Shown one piece after another: positions 1 to 10,941 of a DNA stretch of 64,000 nucleotides; within the stretch, counting starts at the first letter, position 1, and each line of letters begins with the position of its first letter. Source of the DNA: a bacterium (lineage in GTDB: Bacteria; Zhuqueibacterota; Zhuqueibacteria; Residuimicrobiales; Krinioviventaceae). The stretch covers positions 4,960,001 to 5,024,000 of the forward strand of contig OY843751.1 of the NCBI GenBank assembly GCA_963693055.1. The letters run 5' to 3'. Below the pieces are notes generated by a model. It did no database searches. It saw only the letters and a program-made list of their open reading frames with translations, and had not been told where the DNA came from. Position numbers and translations under genes: made by a program.

Positions 1-756
1 GCTTGTGGGAGGCAATTGTATATCGTCGGGATTATATTTATTCTGATATTCTATAGGAAAATTAAACGGAGAATGCGGTTCATGGAAACCTACCCACAGG
101 CAGAAACGCTCGTCTTTGTGATCTCGAATAAAACCGGCAGATTCATTGGCAAGATAGGTTCCCAGATCGTCCTTGTCATAATATTCCGATGGCAGCCCAT
201 CTGCGTTTAGCCAGATTCGTGCAGGCGTTCTGAACGGTTTCCAAACCGGACGGTGCTCCAATGTTTCCGGTGTCATTTGAGGAGGATTGGCCTGCAAATG
301 ATCTTTCCATACTTTTGTGTCTTTGAGCACATCAAAACCATGGGGCAAATCATTATTAAAATGTGTTTTGCCAATCACGCCGGTAGCAAAACCATAGGTT
401 TTCAAATGCTCCGCTATGGTTTCCTGCTTATCAGAAAAAGAGGTTTGTAGCAGGGTAACACCACTGGCATGCGGATAGCGTCCTGTTAACAACGACTGCC
501 GGGAAGCACTACACACCGGTGCATTGGCGTATGCGTGTGAAAAACGTACACTTTTTGTTGCCAACTTGTCCAAGTTGGGGGTTCTTACCAATTCATTGCC
601 ATAACAGCCCAACGCATGTGCGGCATGATCATCCCCAATAATACATATCACATTCTTTAGTGGTTTAGCCGATTTTCGTGCACAACTCCAGGGAGCAGTT
701 AAACCTGCCAAAGCAAATACAGCAGACTGTTTCAAGAACTGGCGCCTTGTTTTCAT
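1..756 (-). CDS. Sulfatase (Cys-type), Tat/lipoprotein signal; 3' end runs off window
   Basis: Manual translation: MKTRRQFLKQ...WSC...IIGDDH...RTPNLDKLA...NAPVCSASRQSLLTGRYPH (CxxSR..LTGR sulfatase signature). ATG overlaps the TGA of the upstream gene (753-756). Absent from the ORF track because it is truncated. Confidence 0.9.
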   Translation of the reverse strand, partial: MKTRRQFLKQSAVFALAGLTAPWSCARKSAKPLKNVICIIGDDHAAHALGCYGNELVRTPNLDKLATKSVRFSHAYANAPVCSASRQSLLTGRYPHASGVTLLQTSFSDKQETIAEHLKTYGFATGVIGKTHFNNDLPHGFDVLKDTKVWKDHLQANPPQMTPETLEHRPVWKPFRTPARIWLNADGLPSEYYDKDDLGTYLANESAGFIRDHKDERFCLWVGFHEPHSPFNFPIEYQNKYNPDDIQLPPTS

Positions 757-1514
757 TTCACCTCTTTGTCTACAAAGTATAAAGGTTCATTTTTCATCTG
801 GGTGTGAGCACGTGACCACAATTCCGGGGCCTCTATTAAATAAGAGTGTGCGTTCAAGACTTTGCCTTGACGTAACCCTTGTTTGATGCGTTCAACTTTA
901 TCGTATCTCTGGATCCATCCATAAAATCCATGCCGTCGATATGTTTTAACTGCCTGATTTCCTTTACCATCTATCAGGGTATGCTCCACTTCCGGTCCCC
1001 AAAGATATTCCGGATTCACCAGTTCTTCAATACCGTGCATGGAAGTGTTGGGCTTTAAGCCACAACCCAGCATCAATATCTGGCCATTCAGGTTTCGTAA
1101 CTGAGAAAATGGTGAATTACTGCCGCATGGAGTAGTATCAAGTATATGTTTTTCAAGGATCTTTTGTGCTTTTGGGCCCACACCACAAACCGAATGGGTG
1201 GGGTGCATGCTGCGAATGGTACCTTCCCGCTTACGGAAATATTCGGGAATAGCACCAACACAGGATAGAGTTTTTGCAATATCAAAAACGGATTGTTCAG
1301 GAGTAACACTTTCATAAGACAATGCTGGCATTAACAACGTACCATCACCACCTATAGCTTTAAGAATTCCACGGATTACTGTTTCTGCGCCCCCGGGTAC
1401 ATGACCAAGTGCTTTTAACGATGAATGTACCATCAAAACACCACCTTTGCGAACGCCCAGGCTTTGCAAGCCATTGGCAATGCTTTGTTCAAATTGCTGG
1501 TTCATATTTGTCAT
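753..1514 (-). CDS. AAC(3)/YokD-family N-acetyltransferase-like protein
   Basis: VHSSLKALG, GTLLMP, RSMHPTHS, NTSMHGIEE motifs of the Antibiotic_NAT family. Confidence 0.85.
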   Translation of the reverse strand: MTNMNQQFEQSIANGLQSLGVRKGGVLMVHSSLKALGHVPGGAETVIRGILKAIGGDGTLLMPALSYESVTPEQSVFDIAKTLSCVGAIPEYFRKREGTIRSMHPTHSVCGVGPKAQKILEKHILDTTPCGSNSPFSQLRNLNGQILMLGCGLKPNTSMHGIEELVNPEYLWGPEVEHTLIDGKGNQAVKTYRRHGFYGWIQRYDKVERIKQGLRQGKVLNAHSYLIEAPELWSRAHTQMKNEPLYFVDKEVK

Positions 1515-1831
1515 AAAGATTCCTGCTGTTCTGAATTATATTTTCGATCTATTTTGTTGTTGAAAAAAAAGCAAATACTTAATATTGATTATATAGTATA
1601 AAAATTTTCAACAAAAAAACAGAAAAATTTTGGTCCCGTATTGATTCTGGCAGTTAAATTATATTAAAACTGATATTAACTGACAGAACAAAAAAAGTCG
1701 AATTACACGAATCCTTACGATTTTTATCGAAAAAACATTCTTGTTCAATTATCATTAAAAAACAGGTGTTCAAATTTGACCTGTGCATTTTTACACAATC
1801 CCCATTTTTTTCAGTCAGAACCAGCAAAACA

Positions 1832-4663
1832 TCAAGATTTTATTTTATATACACGCACAGGCCCCAATAATCCTGCAGGTTCCGGTTCTGTTCTTTTGGT
1901 CCGATCAACCCATAATTGTGCAATTTTATTATCTTTTAAAGAAGCACAATAATTGAATAATAAATTGGTAACCGATATCTGTAAAACATGTTCCGTATTG
2001 GGTACAAGCTCTACTACAAACTGGCGTTCTCCCCACCATTTTACTCCCAGCTCTTTATTATCGAATTTTAATTCAGCAATATCAAACACCCGTCCCAAAT
2101 CCAACACATGTTTTCCGCTCCAGCCGGATTTGAATTTACAGGTATAAACAGCCGTACCGGAAAAGCTGCTCAATTCAGGATCGGTAGACAAATTTTTGAG
2201 CGTTTTCAAGGATTTATGATAAACTTTGCCATTAACATGTTTAAGCTCGATGGTCCAGGTTGAATCTATTTCAAAAAAATGCTCCGGATCTTTTATTGTA
2301 AAAAAGTCCTTGTCCACAAATTGATTTGAAAAAATGGCATCAACGCCTTTTTTAGACTCGGCTGGTTCTGCTTCAAGCTTGTAGACCACCAGCAGAGATT
2401 CCAAAGGCCCCAGCTTAACATTGATGATTTCGGGCAGCATTCCATGTGGATAGCGTTTCGACTCACCGGTTTCAGCATCCAGCTTCCAGGGGATTTTTTT
2501 GCCTGTAGAGAAACTGGCATCAAACTCTAATCGTTTATCCCGGTTCTGGTTGCTGATCAGGAAAATATCGTTATCTCCCTCAGTATGATGGATGAAGAAC
2601 AGCTTTTCATCCGGAACTGTAAACAAAACATCAGGTACCAGCCGCATGCCCTGTATGGTATGCAATGCCCACGGTATAACCTGACCTTTTTCGGGGGCCG
2701 GTACACGCTTTACCATGCCCGGATATTGAGTGAATAGTTCCTCAATGGTTGATTTTATAAATTCATCATCATGCATGGTCCCCTTGTACCCCAAACTCTT
2801 GATAGGTACCTGACCTATAAAAATAATCTGTCCGCCACTGGCAGCAAATGCATTAAGCGCCTCAACAGTCTTGGATGATAACGAGGATACATCGGTCACC
2901 AACAACAACTTGTATGCCATGGGGCCATAGCAAAGTTTCCCTTTTTCAAAGGTTGCATTTTCCAACACGGTGGAATTGATATAGTCGCTCATGTAGCCAA
3001 AATGATTAAACGCCTGCCACAACTGGTGCAGATAATGCGGTTCAGTATTCCAAGGATTTCGATCCAAACCGTATTTTGACCATTTGTCCGGTGTATTGCC
3101 AAGAATTGCAATCTGCGTAACAGGAGCCGAATTTTGGAATATATGGCAGAGTCGCGCGGCGTAATCAAACCACAAGCCAGCAAAGGGCCACCAGGTATTG
3201 TTTTCACTAAAATAGGTGCCATACCGGATCCATCCAGGAAAACCCGCTTCGGGCGGTGAATAATTAAATCCGTGCAAAACCAGTTGATTGACTCCACAAA
3301 TTATATTCAAATCCGTAGCTTGCTTTATATATTCCAGAGTTGCACAAAAAACTCCGATTGTATTGGTCATGGCCTCGCAGCTTGTTATCTTTTTACCCGT
3401 TAAATGCGCTCCGGAAGATGCATATTTGTTCCAGATGGCATACCGGATCTGATCTATTTCTGCCTCATGTACCCAACCCCGATTAAATAGCCACTGATCG
3501 CTTTCCGGAATATCGGGAACCAGGTAACCGTCGAGTAGATTCGTATACAAAAAGGGAACACCATACGCCTGATAACGGCTCTGAACATTGTTTTGACCAC
3601 ACCACTGGTGGAATGGCTGAATAAACCTTTCCATAAAAAGGTCTGCTAAAAGCTTGCTCATATCAAAACGCACCCGGTCTACTGTTTCTTTAAAATTGGC
3701 TTTAACAGTAATTTCACGATTCAGCAGCAACGGCAGCCAGGGCATTAACGAATATCCATATCGTTTTTCAAATTCATCAGGCAGATCACCGGTCCAGTTT
3801 GCGCCTTCCAGTTCTATACTGTCGCAAAACATGGAACGGATATGTGCACCCAAGTCATCACCCAAAACGGATTTTAATTCATCAGACATGCGGTTCAAAT
3901 ATTTTTCTACTGCGGTTTTGTTAAAATGGTCAAGCACCGGTCCATCTGCTCCCGGTGCACCGTGCAACACATCGCGAAAACGGCTACGCCAGGTTATGAT
4001 ATAGAGTTTATACTCACCATCGTCTAATTCTATCTGCAATTTACCATCTGACGATAACCGACCCATCACATCCTGACCGTCAGCTTCAGACTGCGGTACA
4101 GCAGGAAACAGCTTTAACTGTATGAGCTTGTGGTTATCGTCATTTGGGATTTCGATCCGGGTTTCAAAGGTACCCGGGCCCTTGCAATCCCTCACCTCAA
4201 GTTCAACACCCTGTATAGTCTCCTCGGGGGCTAAAAACTCGCCTCCAAAAGGCCATCCGGTCCCAACAATCAAATCCACATACATATCCAAAGATTTGGC
4301 TTCTTTGCACGCAACTTTGACCATATTTAGCCATTCTTTACTCAACCAGTCCAAAGGTTTTGCAGGCAAGTGCGGGTACAATTCTTCATCCAAAGCTATA
4401 GGATTAATCTCTACCCCGCCGGCGCACTTTTCTTTCATCAGCCGTAATTCTCTGCGGATCTCTTTTGCGGTCACCCGATTGCCATTCCACCACCAGCGGA
4501 AAAACGGACGCGCCAGCGATGGAGGGTTCGCAAAAGAATCAACCAGAGGCCGTGATTCCTGCGCACCCCAGGATGCCATGGCAAGAGGAGCAAAAGAGAC
4601 TGCACTGCTGCATACAACTGTTTTTTTAAGAAAAGAACGACGAGTACAACGGGTATCAATCAT
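1832..4663 (-). CDS. Glycoside hydrolase family 106 (alpha-L-rhamnosidase-like), Tat-exported
   Basis: TRRSFLK Tat signal; RPFFRWWWNG, GTGWPFGG, FCDSIE, VLHGF; C-terminal LDLGRV and AGLLGPV beta-sandwich. Confidence 0.8.
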   Translation of the reverse strand: MIDTRCTRRSFLKKTVVCSSAVSFAPLAMASWGAQESRPLVDSFANPPSLARPFFRWWWNGNRVTAKEIRRELRLMKEKCAGGVEINPIALDEELYPHLPAKPLDWLSKEWLNMVKVACKEAKSLDMYVDLIVGTGWPFGGEFLAPEETIQGVELEVRDCKGPGTFETRIEIPNDDNHKLIQLKLFPAVPQSEADGQDVMGRLSSDGKLQIELDDGEYKLYIITWRSRFRDVLHGAPGADGPVLDHFNKTAVEKYLNRMSDELKSVLGDDLGAHIRSMFCDSIELEGANWTGDLPDEFEKRYGYSLMPWLPLLLNREITVKANFKETVDRVRFDMSKLLADLFMERFIQPFHQWCGQNNVQSRYQAYGVPFLYTNLLDGYLVPDIPESDQWLFNRGWVHEAEIDQIRYAIWNKYASSGAHLTGKKITSCEAMTNTIGVFCATLEYIKQATDLNIICGVNQLVLHGFNYSPPEAGFPGWIRYGTYFSENNTWWPFAGLWFDYAARLCHIFQNSAPVTQIAILGNTPDKWSKYGLDRNPWNTEPHYLHQLWQAFNHFGYMSDYINSTVLENATFEKGKLCYGPMAYKLLLVTDVSSLSSKTVEALNAFAASGGQIIFIGQVPIKSLGYKGTMHDDEFIKSTIEELFTQYPGMVKRVPAPEKGQVIPWALHTIQGMRLVPDVLFTVPDEKLFFIHHTEGDNDIFLISNQNRDKRLEFDASFSTGKKIPWKLDAETGESKRYPHGMLPEIINVKLGPLESLLVVYKLEAEPAESKKGVDAIFSNQFVDKDFFTIKDPEHFFEIDSTWTIELKHVNGKVYHKSLKTLKNLSTDPELSSFSGTAVYTCKFKSGWSGKHVLDLGRVFDIAELKFDNKELGVKWWGERQFVVELVPNTEHVLQISVTNLLFNYCASLKDNKIAQLWVDRTKRTEPEPAGLLGPVRVYKIKS

Positions 4664-4676
4664 GATTTCCTCTTTT

Positions 4677-7319
4677 TTATATCGAAAACCAGTAATTTAA
4701 TTTCATCATGAACACATTCTGCGGCTCGACAGAAAACAACCGATCAGCATTACTACTCAAAGACCGAACAGATTCATGAATATAATCCGAACGACCATGT
4801 GTCCAAACAAAATAAAATGTAGAACCGGGGGTAAATTCCCACCTCAGCACCAAATTGGATCGCATCTCGAAAAAGTTAAAATCCGGATGCCCAATATTGT
4901 AATCTGATGCTCCATCATGGGTTTCATCAAACGCCATGGTATTGTTATCAGCATCAATCACAGTCTCTTCATCAGAAAAAGTATAAAACCGATCATCATA
5001 TTCATCTGCATCCGCGTCATTAACATATTTGATATGAGAAAAAGAACCGGCTGAAATATAAGGGCTCACATAATATTGCAAAATCAGGTTAGGTGTAAAC
5101 GCATAATTGGCACGCAAGGTCATTTCCCAGGTATCTTGATCAATGCGACCCAGTACATAACGATTCACATCATTGAAATTGATTGTGCTAATGTATTGCG
5201 TGTCATCAATATTATGGCTATATGTCAATTCACCCGACATGTTGAAGCGATTCCCCACACGCAGTGACACACCGGGATTCAGACTAAACAATGACGTAAT
5301 ATCATCATCCACTTTGGTAACGGAACTGTGCAAAGAATAACTGAATTTTTTGCGGGAATCGGATTGAATACCCGCAGAATAATACCAATACCCATCCAAA
5401 GTCAATGCCGGGCCGCCGCGAAGCAAACGGGTATCCTGCCATTGTGGTACCCGGCTGAGGTATGCATTAAATTTCCAGTAATTTTTTAAGGTCCATGAAT
5501 TTTTAAATTCATAGCTGGACATTATCAAAGAACCGTCAAAATCCCACTCGTTTGATTGATCAACAGTAATGGAATATGTTCGATATAACGAGGTTGGGGT
5601 CTGAACAATATAAGCCAATTCTGTATTTTGAGAAACAACATCAGTCATTCTCAAATATCCCAGGTCATTCAGGTCCAGTCCGGGAGATAACCAGCTTATA
5701 TTTTCAGAGTACTGCCAGCGGCCCATGCCGCCCTTTCCTACACCAATACTTCCACCAAAACCGCCAAGCGATGTTCTGGTAGTATCCAGATCTACATGGT
5801 CGATATCCGGACGTTGAAAATAATGTCTCGAATTTCTTTGAAGGGCCAAAATGGCTTCGGGCTCACCCTGAATTTGGCTGAATATGGTTTTCACATCCAG
5901 ATAATAGGTACGATTCTTCCAACGCTGTAAATAATCAATACCACCGGTAAAGGCATCTGTTGCAAGCGAGTTCAGGTGCACATCCTCATCAGCAATAAAT
6001 CGCTGGGTTGATGTAAACATGGCGCCAATTGAAGAGTTACCCTTGTTGTAATCTTTTAAAACACGCGCCAGAAAATAGTTTGACCAGGGTTCAACGGTTT
6101 GCTTGCTTCGATTGCCATTATCATCGATCTCTGCTGTTTCTTTTGGGGTAATACTTTGTATTACACCTACAGATAAACCATTTTTGGTTTTACCTGTTAT
6201 TTTAAGCGCATTGAGGATAGTTGTCTCTTCCGGTTCATTTGCATATTGATTACCTGTCAGGTCTGCGGAATGAGAGGGTTGGTGCCCAATTCTTCTTGAA
6301 TAAAACAACTGGTTACCACCTACTGCAAAATCGAAAATGGTTTTACCTTCCAAAAAGAAGGGACGTTTTTCATCATAGAACGTTTCAAATGCTGTTAGAT
6401 TCAATACAGAGGGGTCAGCTTCTACTTGCCCAAAATCAGGATTTACAGTAAAATCCATAGTGAAATTGTTAGACAAGCCCACTTTGCCATCAAAACCTAT
6501 ATTATATTTAAAATCCTTTCCATCAGCAAAGGGATTACCCTCCTCTTTTGGATAAAAATTTCCACTGGACAACCCATAAGGCATGAGCTCTATTCTTCGG
6601 ATTTTGTTCAAACCGCTAATACCATGCAGCTCACCATAATTATCTACCCAGCTTGGCGTATTAATAGCAAACACATTCCACTGATCTTCTTCTTTATTGC
6701 GGTTGATCCATCTCCAAATATGCATACCCCATACCTGATCATGAGCATCAGAGAACCGAAGCTGACTAAAAGGAATTCGCATTTCTACAGTCCACGCTGA
6801 ATCTTCAAAAGCAACATCCCCATACCAAACCGGATCCCAGTTTGTATGATAATCTTTATCATGTATGGTTAAATCAATTTTACTCCCCGCAGCTGTCAGA
6901 TCAAATTCAAAGGATGATCGCATGTCATGATAGCTGTCAAACCCTATCCCTACAATATCGCCTTTAAACTGGTCACGTCTTGCGCCCTGTATATCAATTG
7001 AATCCGGATCATCAAAACAACGTATGGCGACATAGATGTTAAGATCATCATACAGTATTTTGAACTCGGTCTCCCGGGTCGGCTTGGCGTAATTGTCCGG
7101 CATGAATTGCTGAAACCGTGTGGCCCATTCTCCTTGCTCCATCCAGCAATCATCTTTGATTACACCGTCAATTTCCGGAGCATCACCCTGCAAGCGTTGC
7201 GTGTAATATTTTCGCTTTTCTTTTAATGGTTTATGATATTCCTGCGCAAAAACAACCCATACTTGAAACAGTATGGCAATAATGATAAAAATTGAAATCT
7301 TCCTTCCATATCCTCGCAT
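4677..7319 (-). CDS. DUF5916 outer-membrane protein with N-terminal CBM9-like domain
   Basis: Signal peptide; PEIDG..DD.W, WTVEMRIPFSQLRF, NPDFGQVEAD, EKRPFFLEG, LFYSRRIG; C-terminal KLNYWFSI beta-signal. Confidence 0.85.
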   Translation of the reverse strand: MRGYGRKISIFIIIAILFQVWVVFAQEYHKPLKEKRKYYTQRLQGDAPEIDGVIKDDCWMEQGEWATRFQQFMPDNYAKPTRETEFKILYDDLNIYVAIRCFDDPDSIDIQGARRDQFKGDIVGIGFDSYHDMRSSFEFDLTAAGSKIDLTIHDKDYHTNWDPVWYGDVAFEDSAWTVEMRIPFSQLRFSDAHDQVWGMHIWRWINRNKEEDQWNVFAINTPSWVDNYGELHGISGLNKIRRIELMPYGLSSGNFYPKEEGNPFADGKDFKYNIGFDGKVGLSNNFTMDFTVNPDFGQVEADPSVLNLTAFETFYDEKRPFFLEGKTIFDFAVGGNQLFYSRRIGHQPSHSADLTGNQYANEPEETTILNALKITGKTKNGLSVGVIQSITPKETAEIDDNGNRSKQTVEPWSNYFLARVLKDYNKGNSSIGAMFTSTQRFIADEDVHLNSLATDAFTGGIDYLQRWKNRTYYLDVKTIFSQIQGEPEAILALQRNSRHYFQRPDIDHVDLDTTRTSLGGFGGSIGVGKGGMGRWQYSENISWLSPGLDLNDLGYLRMTDVVSQNTELAYIVQTPTSLYRTYSITVDQSNEWDFDGSLIMSSYEFKNSWTLKNYWKFNAYLSRVPQWQDTRLLRGGPALTLDGYWYYSAGIQSDSRKKFSYSLHSSVTKVDDDITSLFSLNPGVSLRVGNRFNMSGELTYSHNIDDTQYISTINFNDVNRYVLGRIDQDTWEMTLRANYAFTPNLILQYYVSPYISAGSFSHIKYVNDADADEYDDRFYTFSDEETVIDADNNTMAFDETHDGASDYNIGHPDFNFFEMRSNLVLRWEFTPGSTFYFVWTHGRSDYIHESVRSLSSNADRLFSVEPQNVFMMKLNYWFSI

Positions 7320-7347
7320 TTCTGATACCCGCTTTCTGAATTATTTG

Positions 7348-8796
7348 TTAGTGTTTTCTTTCTCCTGGTACAGGAAATGATTTTTCCCCGTTATCTAGTA
7401 CCAATACCCAATCATTCTCGGGACCCTGGTATGGGGTAATAAATGTTGTATAATTCTTTTCTTTCAATTGCCCAATTTTTTCAGCAACCCCATTCACCGG
7501 CATATACCACCACGCTGTTATTAAACTGCCACTTAATTTATTCAAATCAACCTCTACTTTGCCGCCTTGGGGAAGATAAATCATTGCGTAACTGCCGTCA
7601 ATTGCACGCGTTGCCAGTACATGTGTACTATCATCCGGATTTTCAGATACAATCAATGACGGATCCGGTATCCGCTCCAACATGGGGCGAGATTCCATCA
7701 AATTCCGCACATGGGTCATCTGAGTAGCTCCGGGCAGGTCCATTGCTACAGGCCAGGGTGTACGTGCTGCTGCTGTTTTCTCTCTACCGGGTAGCCATAA
7801 CTGCCAGATATCATTGCAGCCATAGGTGTATCCAAACGCTCCGGCAAATAAAGATCTGTACGCGGCTTTACGGACATCCCAGGCACTAAACCAGCCGGCA
7901 TCACCCGGTTTAAAATTAACAGGATGGTCCTCGTAATTGGATTCTCCATCAAAAACCGGCTTTATGGGTGAACGCCGGTAATCGGTTATAATTTTTTGCC
8001 AATTGGGATCATCTCTGTGGCTATGCCCGGATTGCCAAGTATTAAAATCGAGCCAGCTATCATCATGAAACCATTGTGACGAACTGGTGCCGCCCCAGGA
8101 ATGGTATCCCATCAAATGCCGTTTATCCACAGATTTTATGGCGTTTGCCATGGCCCGCCAGATGGGTTTATAATCCTCCTCTTCCCATTCAGGCGCCCGG
8201 TCTCCTCCCAACATCCAGATGATATTGGTCTTGTTTTTATAACGATTGGCAATCCATTTACCATATGTAACCGCATTGGTAGAATCAAACACAACCGGAC
8301 CTACCCCCCAGCGTTTCAAAACCTTGTCTCCCCAGGTGGGAAGCAGTGCGATATAAATACCCTTTTCCGCGGCCTTGTTGATGATCCAATCCACATGGTC
8401 CCAGTAATCATACGCCTCATCATTGGCAATGGTACTACCCGCAGTGGTATCGGGTTTGGCAGGATCATTGTCCACCAGAGGTCTGTCACCATAGCTGTTT
8501 GGGGTATCCAATCCGTCCAGTTCTGCCAGTGCGACCGCCTGAATAACCGTAAATCGCTTTTGTCTGCGATTTTCCAGGTATCTCTCGGCTTCTTCCCGCG
8601 TGGTACGATGAAACAGCTCCCAGCAGGTATCCCCCAGATAGAAAAACAGAGTTCCATCGGCATGCACCAGCATCCGATGATCGTCGGAGACCTCTAGATC
8701 GCCATGGCTAAAATCCACAGACGGTTCCGGCCGCTCAACGATGGGCGAACAGGCAAACATAGATAATATTAATAATAAAGTTGCAAATCTTTTCAT
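7348..8796 (-). CDS. GH140 (DUF4038) apiosidase-like lipoprotein
   Basis: Lipobox FAC; FFYLGDTCW, NIIWMLGGD, QSGH, DGESNYE, GYTYG, DWVLVL. Confidence 0.85.
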   Translation of the reverse strand: MKRFATLLLILSMFACSPIVERPEPSVDFSHGDLEVSDDHRMLVHADGTLFFYLGDTCWELFHRTTREEAERYLENRRQKRFTVIQAVALAELDGLDTPNSYGDRPLVDNDPAKPDTTAGSTIANDEAYDYWDHVDWIINKAAEKGIYIALLPTWGDKVLKRWGVGPVVFDSTNAVTYGKWIANRYKNKTNIIWMLGGDRAPEWEEEDYKPIWRAMANAIKSVDKRHLMGYHSWGGTSSSQWFHDDSWLDFNTWQSGHSHRDDPNWQKIITDYRRSPIKPVFDGESNYEDHPVNFKPGDAGWFSAWDVRKAAYRSLFAGAFGYTYGCNDIWQLWLPGREKTAAARTPWPVAMDLPGATQMTHVRNLMESRPMLERIPDPSLIVSENPDDSTHVLATRAIDGSYAMIYLPQGGKVEVDLNKLSGSLITAWWYMPVNGVAEKIGQLKEKNYTTFITPYQGPENDWVLVLDNGEKSFPVPGERKH

Positions 8797-8824
8797 AATA
8801 GCTTTCTAATATATAATTAAAAAC

Positions 8825-9027
8825 ATTAACCACAGAGGCACAGAGATCACAAAGAGTCAGCTTTTATCTTTTAGTTCGTTTACAAATAAATCATAAAAAC
8901 TTGAAGCATCTCATTAAACATTTTTTTTATATCTATTTTCCTATTTCACTTAACCTTTTCACAACACATCCAATTTATCTACTACAGAGGTTTCCTTCCG
9001 TGTCTTTTCGCGTATTCCGTGGTCAAT
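8825..9027. repeat. MITE-like element with imperfect terminal inverted repeats and ~9-nt periodic subrepeats
   Basis: Left ATTAACCACAGAGGCACAGAGATCACAAAGAG; right TTCCGTGTCTTTTCGCGTATTCCGTGGTCAAT; the termini match at 9 of 11 positions. Confidence 0.5.
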
Positions 9028-9037
9028 ATTAACACAA

Positions 9038-10939
9038 TTATGGCACTGTAATATTGGCGATCAACCACGCAAACAAAATCACCAATATAGAGATGGCTAT
9101 ACAGGCGAAAAATCCCCACACATCGGTTTTGCTGAATTTCTTTAATCCCCACGCAGAGGGATTGGCTTCCTGCTCATACGCCATTATCTCTGCATCCACA
9201 TTTTGCACGTCCTGGTTCGGATCACTGCTCACCGGCATGTTTAAACGTGCAAACACATTATCAACAGCTTTCCGCTCCGGTTTGGATGTAAACAGGCTCA
9301 CAACAACCAGCAGTACAAATGGCAGGATTATGTTCAACGAATAATTCAACGTCATCAATATCGGATTTGAAGCACCATCAAATCCTACTCCCATTAACGC
9401 CAATACAACCAGCATGGGCTTGTCCGCAACACCCGCAGGTACATGTCCCGCCACAAACGACATCTGTGGCAGAATATTGGGCAGCATTACAATCACCATC
9501 CACGAGAAAAAAACCGTAACCAGCGCAGCGGTCCGGGTTACATAACGCCACAGTATACTGACCCAGAAAACCGCTCCAAAAATGACCGGCAATTGCCAGT
9601 AATATTTGATCAGGCTCAACACATCATTAAAATAAAGACTAATGGCAATAGCACCGGCAATCATAATCGCAGAAACCAACCGCCCAACTTTGACATAGTG
9701 TTCCTCACTCTTGTCAGATACCAATGGACGGTAAAAGTTGCGTGTAAACAGGGCAGAGCCGCAGATCATGAATGCATCCGCACTGGACATGGATGCCGCT
9801 AGCAAACAGGCAATCATAATCCCTACAAACCCGGGACCGAGGAGTTGATCGGTTGCGTATCCCCAAATCATATCCGGATCACTGATCACATTTTTGTACA
9901 GAGCAAAAGCAACTACACCGGTAAAGCCCCACATAATGGTGGTGAAACGCTTTAGGTAATTACCAAACACCAACCCTATCCTTGCGGTCATTTCATCTTT
10001 GGCACTGCCGCCACCGGTAACAAATATATGCGGTTGTGCAGCCACACCCACCAGGTTCATGGCTATAAGCGCTACGATATAATACCAGGTATAATCGCTG
10101 CTGGCGGATGTACTGATAATTTTAAACATATCCGCGGGCACCGTGGCATGCAGCCCGGAGAACCAGCCCGCTTTGTACATCCCCATAGGCAACAAAAGCA
10201 CGGAAAGAACCAAAATTAGAATCCCCTGCAAGGTATCGGTCCAGGCAGCGGCATAGAGTCCGCCTAAAAGTCCATAGATCAAAATGATCAATGCAATAAT
10301 AGGTACAATCTGTTGAGTGGATATATGTGAATAGTAGGCTTTTATCTTTTGCTGTTTTTCAAGCTGCTTTAGATCAGCAAGCTGCTGTTTTTGCTCTACT
10401 GTAGGATTTTCAAGAGCCGTAAGGGTTTTCAGCGTTTTATATTGTTCAACACTCTGCTTTTCCAATACTGTCAGCACAGATTCCGATTTTACTGTCACAA
10501 TCTCGATTGTTTTTCCAATGGCTGTCAGACCGATTGCGATGTAAAACATTAACCAGATAATACTGGTCCAGACATACAAAGCTGTCAAACCTTTACTCTG
10601 AAAACGCTGTTGAAAGTAATCACCACCGGTAATAACACGCAGCCTCCGGTACCAGGGCGCAATAATCCAGTAAAACGGAGTGATAAACAACCAAAGTAAT
10701 TGTATCCAAATTCCAGACATTCCCACACGATACGTCTCACGGGATGCAGAGATGGCCGTATCCGAACTGGTGCCAGTTCCAAATGATAAAAAGATGGAAA
10801 CCAGTTTGCCAAACCGTCGCCCTCCAAGAAAATAATCTGTTTCGTTTTTTATCAATCGTTTTGACAACCAACCGATACCAATCACCAGCAAAAAATAGCC
10901 TGCAATTGCAAGAATATCCAGAATGTGCAATCCAAACAT
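9038..10939 (-). CDS. Sodium:solute symporter (SSS) family protein
   Basis: DYFLGGR, GGLYAAAWTDTLQG, LLAASMSSAD, GRL motifs; many TM segments. Confidence 0.9.
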   Translation of the reverse strand: MFGLHILDILAIAGYFLLVIGIGWLSKRLIKNETDYFLGGRRFGKLVSIFLSFGTGTSSDTAISASRETYRVGMSGIWIQLLWLFITPFYWIIAPWYRRLRVITGGDYFQQRFQSKGLTALYVWTSIIWLMFYIAIGLTAIGKTIEIVTVKSESVLTVLEKQSVEQYKTLKTLTALENPTVEQKQQLADLKQLEKQQKIKAYYSHISTQQIVPIIALIILIYGLLGGLYAAAWTDTLQGILILVLSVLLLPMGMYKAGWFSGLHATVPADMFKIISTSASSDYTWYYIVALIAMNLVGVAAQPHIFVTGGGSAKDEMTARIGLVFGNYLKRFTTIMWGFTGVVAFALYKNVISDPDMIWGYATDQLLGPGFVGIMIACLLAASMSSADAFMICGSALFTRNFYRPLVSDKSEEHYVKVGRLVSAIMIAGAIAISLYFNDVLSLIKYYWQLPVIFGAVFWVSILWRYVTRTAALVTVFFSWMVIVMLPNILPQMSFVAGHVPAGVADKPMLVVLALMGVGFDGASNPILMTLNYSLNIILPFVLLVVVSLFTSKPERKAVDNVFARLNMPVSSDPNQDVQNVDAEIMAYEQEANPSAWGLKKFSKTDVWGFFACIAISILVILFAWLIANITVP

Positions 10940-10941
10940 GA

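Noticed and set aside
16-450. Short plus-strand ORFs in the track
   Set aside because: They are shadows of the minus-strand sulfatase; the same applies to most antisense ORFs in the track (e.g. 4122-4700, 8101-8697, 25643-26290)
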